Assembly (NCBI GenBank): GCA_964036045.1
Contig: OZ038378.1
Coordinates: 16,554,001-16,618,000 of the forward strand
Reading direction: 5' to 3'
DNA length: 64,000 bases
Source: Eutreptiella sp. 'Long Island Sound 2002'
Lineage: Eukaryota; Protista; Euglenida
Positions 1 through 10,142 of this stretch are shown here, piece by piece. The notes under the pieces were generated by a model, which had not been told where the DNA came from, searched no databases, and worked only from the letters and a program-made list of their open reading frames with translations. A program made the translations under genes and the position numbers. Within the stretch, counting starts at the first letter, position 1, and the number at the start of each line of letters is the position of its first letter.

Positions 1-1299
1 CTTCGCTTCTCTACATATATGTCTGTGGTTTGTGACAAGGGGAAGGAAAGGCCTTTGGGCGAACTCAAGGCAACATTCAATACTGCTTTGAAAGTGCTGC
101 AGAGCAGCAAAACAATCACCATTCACAGCGCATCTTGTTAGCTTTGTGTGTTTGCGCGCTTGGACGGGGCCTACCGGAAAAGGTGCTGGGTTTGGGTCAA
201 CGAAGGGGGGGGGTGCCCCCCCCCCCCCCTACAGCCCCCCAAACTGTCGAACACCCCTCGGGGTCACACATTGGCTGGCGGTCGCCCCCGTGCTACAAAC
301 ATCTTCAGATATTGGTAACATGCCTTGTCCTGTGCTGCAGTCACTGAACCCAGTCCATGAACCTTTTCCTTTTCCTTTTCCTTTTTGGCCTCCTCTTCTA
401 GAAGGTGAGTACCAACCATCGCCTTTTCCATAGGACGACTGCCATCAGTCTCCATAGCTGCAATGGCTCTTATGCCAAGTTTTCATGTCAAGATAATCTC
501 TACTCCACTTAACAAGGTAAAGATAAGTTCAGCTAATTATTTTGATGCACTTGCAGTGCACGATTTCTTCAAGTGATTGTAAGTGGTCTGGAAGCGTACT
601 AATGGGGTTGAAATATGGTACAAAACTATGGTACATGCAAATGTTACAAGTCAATGTGTTTCATGTTTTTCATTCCTTGGCACTGTGATGTAGTGATTTT
701 TCTTTTGATAAGTCACTCATACAGAATCATCCAAGACCTCCCAAAAATGCGAACGCTAAAAAGGGAGCGGGTAACACAAGGAAAGTCAATGAAAAAATAG
801 AAAATAGGAGGAAGACAAGACTATATGATAAAACCATTCGTAACCATTAGAAAACAAGTCTTAGGATACCATGACGGTGTGCCGAGATGGAGTGGAGGAG
901 AGGAGAGAAAAGAAAGAATCCCTCCATGCCAACCTCACACTCCGTTAGAGTGGAGCACATATGGAAGGGTGGTGAAAACCACCGAAAGCCATAGCCAATA
1001 GATTGGACTTGCAATGGCCAATTCCATGCAACACTTCGTTCTTCTCATAAACACCAGTAGGTCAGCCCAAAAGTATGCCCGAAAGATGCGATGAATCAGT
1101 CAAGAGTTGTGGGTTGTAGTCGTTTGGACCAGACCCACACAAGTCTACACCATACTCAAAAAGGAAAGTGCATTCTCGGGTAAATTAGATCAAGGTCCAA
1201 AAATAAATATGTTTAAACATCTTATCTCACATATAAGTCAGGTTTCGGATAAATGGAAATGAAAGCCCAAAGTGTGTGTACCCGCCCACACATGAATGC

Positions 1300-1534
1300 A
1301 CACACACGCTTGTTTGTACACACACACAAATCACACAACATACACACACACACACACACACACATCACATGCCTACACGTGACAGGAAGTGAGCAAAAAT
1401 GGCACAAGCCACGAAGGCCCGCGCCGCACCATGGTGGGCGCAAAGAACGAGAAAACCCAAGAACGACAAGGAAGGTGGAACCAAAGCAGCAACCAGACAG
1501 CTAGGAACGGCCACCAGAGAGATCCAAGGCCGAC

Positions 1535-1581
<47 letters not shown>

Positions 1582-1960
1582 ACACACGCCCACACACCGC
1601 GGAAAGGGACGGGGAACAACACGGGTCACCAAGGCCGGCGCCCCAACAAGGCGGGCGCAAAGAACGAAACAGCCAAGAGCGCCAAGTAACGTGGAACCAA
1701 AGCACCGGGAACGGGGGCATTGGACAACCGGGAACAGCCACCCGAGAGAACAAGAGCCGGTTCCAAGCTCCCATTCAAAACCACGGGAGGCAAACACCAC
1801 AAAGGGCGGGAAGGCGAGGAATGGCCACCCCCAAGAACCAGGACCGGCCCATACCATTGGGTAGGAACGATGCGCGTGGCACAAGCCGGGAACGACAAGC
1901 CCAAAGAAAGGCCCACCGCCAACCCCACGAGAGAGCCACACACGCCGCACACAACACACA
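1300..1960. repeat. (CA)n tracts interleaved with 2-3 diverged purine-rich modules (SINE/minisatellite-like)
   Basis: CA runs at ~1320-1370 and ~1535-1575. The module core GGGCGCAAAGAACGA...GTGGAACCAAAGCA recurs at ~1436-1490 and ~1653-1704. Confidence 0.7.
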
Positions 1961-1989
1961 AGCATCACACCGGATTCCCAGGCACAGTA

Positions 1990-3950
1990 TCGAATTCGGA
2001 GGCGCTCATCAGTAACATACGAGTACAACCGCTGCCGGATCTCCGTTTCAATGTCGGACGATAACCCACTGACGAGGAGGCGCCTATTCATTGTGGTAGG
2101 AGAGATTTGGACAAACAGGTCTTCAACGTCGCTGGGTGTGACGGCCCAGGTGTGCCTGTCTTTCTTGGACCTGAGTCGACTGAGCATCACTTCACCAAAT
2201 TCCTCACCATAGCACAGTCCGGGCAGGGCCCCGTTGAACGCCTGCCAATGCAGTAAGGCGACACCGATTGTCCTGGCATACACAAGTGGATCAGCTGCAC
2301 CTCTGCTGAGCTCTGTCAACAACACAAACACCAGTCGCAACACATGGTGGGCGTCGATGGCGGATCCTGGGTGTTGTCCAGCCCAATTGCACTGCCTGAC
2401 GAGAAACCCACAGTAGAGGACCAGTGGACACCAGTTCTGCAGAAGGTTGACCATAGCGTTGCATACCACTCTCTGTGTCTGGGGCTGCCTGGCCCATGAT
2501 GTGAGTGGTACATATGCTCGCGCTTGTCGCGTGGCGCCAAAGTAGACGTGGGCCTCTGGTGAGGCTCAGGCAGGTTAGAAATACATCAAGCTGGGTGTGT
2601 GAGAAGGCAGCAGGTGGGTAGCATGTACCTCAGGCACTGGCACTGTCACTGTCACTGTAGCCGTCACTGACATTGCTACTTCTGTCCGCCCCCCGTCACC
2701 CGGCAAAACCACACTCTTCGGTCGATCCATCGCTGTCCCACCATGATCGGAAACATCCTGTAACCTGTTCGACTTCCGGCGCAACTGCCGCAAAAAATGT
2801 GGCACACACTTCAAGACGCCGGCAATAGTTCTCTCCATGACTCTCATCTTAGGGTACGACCCTACTGTTTTTCCAACTCCTAAGCGGCCAAAGCGGAAGT
2901 ACACAAATAGGGTATGAAAGCGCCGCCACACGTTTGTCACAAGGGATTTATAGGGATGCCAACAGCCGTACAAAATGGGATTTCTCTTGGGTTTTTCGTG
3001 CCAATTCCAGCACTGCATTTTGTCACACTACAACAAATTCAGGCATCTTTTGTGTATGTTGTCATCAACGAGGATGGGCACAATCGGGTGCGTGTGGTTC
3101 GACAGCGATGCAATGTAGTCCAACAACTCAATGGAGCCCTTGTACGAGGATACCTGCTGTGTAGTCAACAGCAGTGCTCTCCAGCCAGGATTCGGTACTG
3201 GATCTCGCACAATGTCAAGCGGCGCCCTGATGCTTGGTATCGGTGATGGTCTGTCCGCAAACAAGCCTAGATCCCCCACGATCCCACGGAACCTCCGCTT
3301 CATTCTGACAAGCGCTGCAGCCACATTGCCGATGCTGCCGATGAGCACATCTATGGCTGTCCTCTGAAGTACGGCAACCTACAAGGAATCTCAACAGCGC
3401 AAAGCGCTGTGCAATTTTGGGACGGATCCTGGATCGTTGGATGCGTTCCATACTACTTAATGTAGCAATTGTCTATCCAGACGCATACCTGCCGTTTCTC
3501 CATCCAAACCCATGTTTCAAGCATCTTTGCGGCGGACCCTTGTTTCATACCTTCCTCTTTAAGCCGAATTAGTCCTGTCCTGCGCAACCGGCGCCTCTTC
3601 TGGCGCCCGATAGAAGCAAACGAGGGGCGTCTTCGTCCTGGTTCTAGGGTCTGCACCGCAAGCGCATGATCTTGTACACGTTGAAGAACTCCTCCTTGAA
3701 GTGCATTGTGGCTTGACTCTCTGGTGTGGCTTTCAGTCTCCGCAGCGAATTCCGTGAGTTGCGGTTCACTCTCAATAAGCGCGCAAAATCAAAAAAGAAG
3801 ACAGCTCCGCACTTGTTCTTTTCAATAGCAGTCCATAGGTGTTCGGCAGTGGTATATCCATGTTCCGTTGCACAGAAAGCTCGCAAGTGCCTCATAGTCC
3901 CGGTCAACTCCCTCTGCGCTCGAGGCGCAGTGTTGCGTGGCATCAACAAT
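1990..3950 (-). pseudogene. Decayed putative DDE-type transposase of unassigned family (DUF6589-like motif order), copy 1
   Basis: Minus ORFs 3644-3949, 3453-3656, 3028-3348, 2575-3018 and 1501-2469 join through stops and frameshifts into one protein with VWIDNCYIK, PILVDDNIHKR, LYGCWHPYK and CYGEEFGEVMLS. It is homologous to 12120-12700. Confidence 0.6.
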
Positions 3951-4756
3951 CATCTCAAAAATTAAAAAGTATGTTTTAGTTGAAGATTCGTTGAAAACTG
4001 TACAAAAAATGCATTCAAAACGCTACAAAGGTAATTAAAATTTCTTGCCAGCACAGCGATGCACACGCGACACGCGCATATTGATTTTTGTGCGAACTTT
4101 GGTCGCGCATCCACAAAAACTGCCGTCCATTGTCGCGTGCGCAGCGATATACTATTACCTATGTAAGTCAGACAAGTATGCCTCCCCCATACTGGCACTT
4201 TTATTGTTTCTTATTGCCAGCCACCCCTCCCAACGCCAACACAAACACATGCGTTGGTACCTCCTTAATTCATTCATTCACTCATTTATTGTGTGGCAGC
4301 TTGTACCCCGCTTGGACAATTCCGCGTGTGTTCGAGGAACAGGAGAAGGTTGCTTGGGTGCAAGCTGTAACTTTAACATAGGAGTTGAGTAGTTGACGGT
4401 ATGCGGAGTGAGCACGTTTACAGTTGAGGTTGATAAGGAAAAAGATACGAATTGAGAAATGTCGGAATAAAAGGATGTAGATTTGCAAGGGCGAAGCCTG
4501 CGGCTGCATGAAGGTGCATGAGGTCTGCCAAAATGTAGCATATTCTGCACTAGTGCAAAAACAGCGAAGCACTATGACAACAGAATAAGGGGAGTAATGC
4601 TTGTCAAGGTCCCGCAGGGCTAGACTAACAAGGGGCAATGGTTTTCGGCAGCGCAAGTTTCCACCGGGCAAAGCCCCGTGAGTGCAAAATGCCTTGTGTG
4701 CGACTGATTCGTGCCATGTGTTTATATATATATGTATATGTATGTATATATGTTAT

Positions 4757-4795
<39 letters not shown>
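4757..4795. repeat. (CA)n microsatellite preceded by (TA/TG)-rich tract
   Basis: Direct reading of the sequence. Confidence 0.95.
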
Positions 4796-4797
<2 letters not shown>

Positions 4798-5215
4798 AAC
4801 ATATATATATTTCCTCGGCATATCTTTACTAATGTATCTACCAGGGTGCAGGGTCACCAAGGGGGCTTGGGGTGGGGTGTAGGGACCCCCCCCCCCTATT
4901 TGGGGGTTGGGAAACACAAAAAAACATGTTGTTGTACCTATGTTTGGTGCTCTGGTTAGGATCCTACCAGCAGTGATGTCATACCCTAATTTTAGCCATT
5001 TTCGCCCTTTACAAGGGGAAAATACCCATTAATAACCACCCAATTTACTTAACCCCGATTACTAGCACCAAATACCCCCAATAATAGTTTGAGGGACATG
5101 AGAATGGACAAGGGTATGTTAAAAAAGCTGAATTACTATGTCATCGGGTGTCTATAGGGGTGGTGTGGGTTATTTTTAGGATTTAGTGGTTTAGTGATTT
5201 AGTGCACCACATCCC

Positions 5216-5812
5216 ATGGACGTACCTGAGTGCCCCATACGCTCCAACATTGGCAGAGTCAACATTGGTAGCATCAACATTGGCAAGTTCAACATTGGCA
5301 CCGTCAACAATTGCAGCAGCCTTGCCTGTTTGCATTGTCTTGAAGGGGAACTTCCCAAAAGCGTGGACACATTTGTGCCAAGCCGTGATGAGCATTGGAG
5401 CTATGGGGATTGGAGCTATGGGGATTGGAGCTATGGGCAAGACACTCAATCCGAGTATGAGGATTGGAGCCATCAGCAAGATTGGGGTCCGGAATGGACG
5501 GAATACCCGTCAGGACAGGATAACACGACTTCCAATTCAGCGGGATATGGCGCCCAGGAGACACGTTCTAGGACCAAACGACCCGACGACCAGCGCGCCA
5601 ATATTGGAACGTCTTCATGGGGTGGTAACAAGGGAAGGGGGTACAGCCATATTGCCTACGGGAAGGGTCACGGGGCTTCGAAGGGTGGGAAGGCAAGAAC
5701 CTCGGGGAGGGAGCAGGGGCAAGACAATGGACCCCAAGCCAATTGGGAGCAAGAAAGTAGGGGTTGGGGTATGACAACGTATGGAGGCACAAGCATGGGG
5801 TCCAGGTGGTAG
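5216..5812 (+). CDS. Low-complexity ORF with 15-bp tandem repeats (NIGxx x4, WSYGD x3) and a G/K-rich tail, likely retroelement-derived
   Basis: 198-aa open frame with AACATTGGNNNNNTC x4 at ~5236-5295 and TTGGAGCTATGGGGA x3 at ~5394-5438. Confidence 0.35.
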   Translation: MDVPECPIRSNIGRVNIGSINIGKFNIGTVNNCSSLACLHCLEGELPKSVDTFVPSRDEHWSYGDWSYGDWSYGQDTQSEYEDWSHQQDWGPEWTEYPSGQDNTTSNSAGYGAQETRSRTKRPDDQRANIGTSSWGGNKGRGYSHIAYGKGHGASKGGKARTSGREQGQDNGPQANWEQESRGWGMTTYGGTSMGSRW

Positions 5813-5905
5813 AGCTGATAACACCGCGGGTAGTGGAGTGGTGCTTTGGACGTTTGCTTCGCGCATTGACAGTCGCCCAAGGCTGATGGAAACCCCAACC
5901 TTGGG

Positions 5906-6005
5906 GTTCTCACTTTCCGCTTTGTGTTGGACTCTTTGATTTTGTCCACCTAACTGGTCTCACTTTCCGCTTTGTATTGGACTCTTTGTATTGTCCACCT
6001 AAGTG
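5906..6005. repeat. Tandem duplication, 2 x ~50 bp
   Basis: TCTCACTTTCCGCTTTGT(G/A)TTGGACTCTTTG...TTGTCCACCTAA occurs twice, adjacent. Confidence 0.9.
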
Positions 6006-6368
6006 GCAAACATGGCAGACAACATGATTATGGCACATCGATGCCATCGGTGAGAATTCCGGAATAACATTTCAAGAACAACATCAAATTTATCAATTGC
6101 ATTGTTCTTTGCACTTGAACCTCCGTCATTGTAACTACGAAGCCAAGAGACATTCGCCAACTTGCTTCGGAATGCAGCCAAATCATGGTGGGTGTCTATT
6201 AGGTTGTTACACTGGCTACCTAGGGATTTTTTCCTCCTTTTTGGTGTAAATGGAAACTTTTTACCCTGAAAAACCCCGGGTTTCATGCCCCTTTCGTGCT
6301 GAAAACACGTTCACGGTAAAAAAGTCCCAAAGTTGGGTTCCCGGGCCTTGGCTCGCCCAAATTCACAA

Positions 6369-6425
6369 GTTGGCGCGCCAAGTCGCAAGTTGGCGTGCGC
6401 CAACTCCGGAGTTGGCGCGCCAAGT
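6369..6425. repeat. Palindromic GTTGGCGCGCCAAC-type array (3 units) at the 3' side of the CMC-like transposase
   Basis: gttggcgcgccaag / gttggcgtgcgccaac / gttggcgcgccaag at ~21-bp spacing. Confidence 0.85.
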
Positions 6426-6959
6426 GTCCCCCCACCGATCCAACCATTGCTTTGCACACTATTGTTGTCACTGGAAATTCCGTTCCTCACCTGCCCTTGC
6501 ACACATGGCAGGAAGAAAGCATTGTTCCATCTTTTTTTGTGGAATGTGCAAAAGAATGTGTAAAACAATGTGCAAGAGATGTGCTTCCCGATGATGAAAG
6601 TAGTATACATTGTGGAGCCGTAGCTCAAAATTGCCTTGCTGGGGGCCATGGAGGCATAGCAATCATATATAGAGGTCAGATGCCTTGCTGTGGTCCCACG
6701 GTCATCTAGCGGGTGGGTTGCCGGGAGAATGCCGGGCGGCACTGAATGCATCATTAGGTTAGGACCCCTGTTCGGCCTGGACGAAGACCCCCTTATTCTC
6801 TATGTACCCCCTTTGCTTCGTCCACGACGACTCCCAAACAGAAAAATTTTTATTATACAACCCCCACTCCAGATTATCTGAGCGGATCACTTCCCCCCAC
6901 CCCTTCCGCATGCGATCCCCCTTGCCCCCCTTCACCCGCACTCTGGCCCCCCGCAGTCT

Positions 6960-8600
6960 GGACACCCGGCCGCCTTTACTTCCACCTCTAAAGCTGCTCT
7001 TGGAAATTTCACATTTCAGGGCTTTGTGGCGCCCCTCTCCTTTGAAGGCGGCAAAAATACCAATGTGCCCCCACCTGCGGGCCCATCCCAACAGGTGGTC
7101 AATCCACAGAGGGGCCCTCAGGGTGACGTTCATTTCACAGGCCTTATGGGCCTCCCCCATTTTTTTCAATTCTGTTCGCAGAATTTTCATGTCGGGCAAC
7201 TACAATGGTCCCGATTTCCAGACGACATCGCTTGTTGCCAACAGCGATTTTCCCCATTGCCGCAAGGCGTCCGTCCAGGACACCTGGACCCCCCCCATGT
7301 CAACGACATGCTGCAGGAGGCCCTCCCCCTCCAGATGGTCACACATGGTGTCCCATCCCTCACTCTTCACCCACTCTGCAGCCGCCGTCTGCTCGATTTT
7401 CAGGGGCACCCCTTCTTATCCTTCCTCTCGTCTTCCAACGCCACACCGGTGGCGGTCCGTGCCTGGATCCGAATGGGATCCAAGAACCATTGCACCCACC
7501 TCACGGCCTTTCCCTTCTTCCACCGATGCACCGTGTGGAGGCTGTTCACGAGGGCTGAAAGCCCATTCTGCACTTGCCGGTGCGCGCCATGCAGCCCATA
7601 ATCGGGGGGCCGCTGCGGGGGGCGCACGATCGGGCATATCATCCCTCCCTACAGCCACTCCTCGACAATCACCCCCATCCCGCAACCAAATTCGTGCACG
7701 ATGGATGCCCGATTTTTCACACACAGCCAACAAACAGTGGCTGTGGGGTTTTTTGGCTGTGACCGAGGAGCAACCCCCCAAAATGACCTGCGCTTTGGTG
7801 TCTGCTATAAAAAAAGGAATCACACTACGCAGGTAGCCCCCTTTATCGGGGATTTGCTGCTGCGCCACCTCAATGAGGTCCGCGTTCAGGTCATAGACCT
7901 CGGCCAATTGGGAAATGATGGCCTTCTTCTCCGATCCGCGCAGCAAGATCCAAGAGCCCAAGGGCATTTGACTCCCCAGGTCTCCAATGGCAAAATGCAC
8001 GAAGGAGGCCTGCCAGAGCTTTGTCCCGTCGAAGGAGATGCCCACCCACACGTTGTCCGTCAGGAACGTGGGGCCGTCACGGTGCCACATCACCTGTGCC
8101 AGAAAACAGGGCGTGTGTAACGGGTCACCGTGAACGGTCGCCAGGAAACACTTTGGTGCAGGGTGGAAATACCTGCAGTTTCTGCCACAGATTGCATGCG
8201 GCCCCAAAAATGTCATTGTCCTCGTCCGTCTGAAAATGGACCTCCGTGACGCGGGGGGCGGACAATGCCTTTCGCATCTGCATCAGGGTTCCCCATGGGC
8301 ACTTCCATTGGCTGTGGGCCCGGCTGTACTGCAGTTTGCGGAAGTTGTCGCCATTTTTGCGGCTCTCCCACAGAATGGCTGCGGCCAACAGCTCCAAATC
8401 GGCGGTGGGGGGTTTGCGCTCCCCGCAAACGAGGTGGATGCGGCGGCGGCCGGGTTTGACGTGTACTTGCCAATGTGGCCACAGGATCTCCCCCACGGCT
8501 TCGCGAAGGCGCGCCAGCCGCGCGCGCCTGTCGCGGTAGTTCGATGGCGCCAGCTGCTCAAAGGCCCGCTGCATGGTGCACAAACAAAGACCTGCGGCAC
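6960..8600 (-). pseudogene. CMC/EnSpm (CACTA)-like DDE transposase, frameshifted
   Basis: Minus ORFs 8125-8583, 7416-8216, 7200-7409 and 6759-7199 carry VGISFDG (first D), FFIADTKAQ..LGGC.S....PH..C (second D plus Cys/His insert) and HLLGWARRWGHIGIFAAFKGEGRHKALK. The last matches the CACTA H..H.....GP.....F.FE....LK pattern around the catalytic E. Confidence 0.7.
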
Positions 8601-8639
8601 GTGAGGACGTGGCAGGCGGGTTGGATCATACAAGGGAAG

Positions 8640-8850
8640 GTTGGCGCACGTTGGCACACAGTTGGCACACAGTTGGCATGCAGTTGGCGCGCGCCAACTC
8701 AGGATTTGGCGCGCGCCAACTCGTCAGTTGGCGCGCGCCAAGTCCTGAGTTGGAGCGCGCCAGCTCGTCAGTTGGCGCGCGCCAAGTCCTGAGTTGGAGC
8801 GCGCCAGCTCGTCAGTTGGCGCGCGCCAAGTCCTGAGTTGGCGCGCCAAC
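8640..8850. repeat. Array of 8 GTTGGCGCGCGCCAAC-type palindromes, ~22-bp period with a 44-bp higher-order repeat
   Basis: Units start near 8683, 8705, 8727, 8750, 8771, 8794, 8815 and 8837, preceded by GTTGGCAC half-sites. Confidence 0.92.
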
Positions 8851-9200
8851 TTCTTCGCAGGAGTGCTCACAAGTCTCCATAAAAAATCGGAGAACTTGTC
8901 AGAACAAACCTTTGAAAATCTCCAATGCGACAAAGCCGACGACAGCTGCAAGCAATTGGTTACTTCAAATGCTTTTAAAGAACCATCGATTTGATGCGAT
9001 TATGGATTTTTTGAAGCCAATTAACGGCAATCAAAACACCGACCTAAAAGGTTGCAAGAGAAATGGTACAAAAGCCTTTTTGAACCTTATAAATTGATAT
9101 AAAAACATTTGTAAATCATGCAAAAGCTCATTTTATATCAATGTCATAGATTAGGAACATCCCATGCTGAAATGGATTTGTCGCTTTTAGGAAATTGCAT

Positions 9201-9274
9201 GGATGGCCTCCGGGAATCGAACCTAGGATTTTGCAATGCAAATCCCATGTTCCGCCAATTATGATAACACATCC
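9201..9274 (-). pseudogene. Degenerate tRNA-like sequence (isotype uncertain, possibly Cys-GCA with a 5-bp duplication)
   Basis: Minus strand GGATGTG...TAATTGG...GGGAT-TTGCA-TTGCAAA-ATCC...GGTTCGATTCCCGG...CATCC has a B-box and 5 of 7 acceptor-stem pairs. Confidence 0.5.
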
Positions 9275-10084
9275 GGCTGATAAATTTTCATCTCAATTAA
9301 TTATAGATCAACAGACAATATCGTCTGAATCCAGAAAACAGTAGGGATTGCAAGAATGTACGAAGTTGCTCATGCAATGGAGGGGTTTGTCGCATCTTGT
9401 CCGTCTTTTATCGCCGTTTGGGGTAGAATTTGTGGTGGCTTGCCGGTACAGCCTTGGTCACCATTATGGACTTGCCTTTTGTAGCCTTATGGATGTGAAT
9501 AGCTTTGCCGTTTGTAGCCTTTTGGGTGCACAATTTCGTACTTTTGCCAATATGGCCTTGCCCTTTCTTGCGGAGTTTCTCACTTGTAGTATGGGGTTTT
9601 GCCTTTTATTGAATGCGAACATGTTTGCCTTTTATAGCTCTTTGGACTTTGTTTTAAGACTCTTGTTGTTGATTCCTTTCGATCCTATGTGTGTTTGATG
9701 TCCATGTTCTCAACTCAAACCAGAGGCACAAGATCTTTGGTAATGCTCCCAATGATTGTTTGATTGGAAATCCACTCGGTTTTATGATAACGCGATCACG
9801 ATGAAAGTTGCAGAGCAAGGGCTGTTATGGTTTTCTGTTTCTTTGTTTTATCAAAATCCAAATCAAATTCCTCTACGGTATTCCCACTTCACGCGAGCAT
9901 CGGAAATCATAATCCACTCAGAATTCCAAAATGTAATTTCATCTTGTGCTCTGTAGATACAACAATGATAATAAAATTTAGAATACCTACAAAACACCAT
10001 TCTGTGGCCTATTTCTATCTGCACACTGATCTGTTCTACATCTGCGCACGCGCTACTATCCTAATCCCATTACACTCCCTTCCC

Positions 10085-10142
10085 AAGCTATTTGCTGGGG
10101 GTTACCCAGCAAATGGCTGCTTAACCAAAATAGACACTCAGA
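10085..10142 (-). ncRNA. Euglenoid spliced-leader-like sequence followed by a GT and a 13-bp hairpin (SL RNA relic or retroposed SL)
   Basis: Minus strand TCTGAGTGTCTATTTT (10127-10142) is 16 consecutive nt of the Euglena SL ACTTTCTGAGTGTCTATTTTTTTTCG. It is followed by G|GTTAAG and the hairpin GCTATTTGCTGGG/CCCAGCAAATGGC. Confidence 0.4.

Noticed and set aside
200-292. G-tract/C-tract motifs as G-quadruplex regulatory elements (also ~10152, 49510-49790, 53440, 61630, 61968)
   Set aside because: They look like ends of small interspersed repeats or simple repeats, and partner ends and TSDs could not be established by eye.
1253-2015. HT/CV-repeat ORFs (also 4682-4959, 48104-48388, 50475-50830)
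   Set aside because: Artefacts of (CA)n/(TG)n tracts.
8640-8850. CRISPR or REP-type bacterial repeats
   Set aside because: Spacers are only 5-7 bp and repeat themselves, and the array is tied to a eukaryotic transposase.
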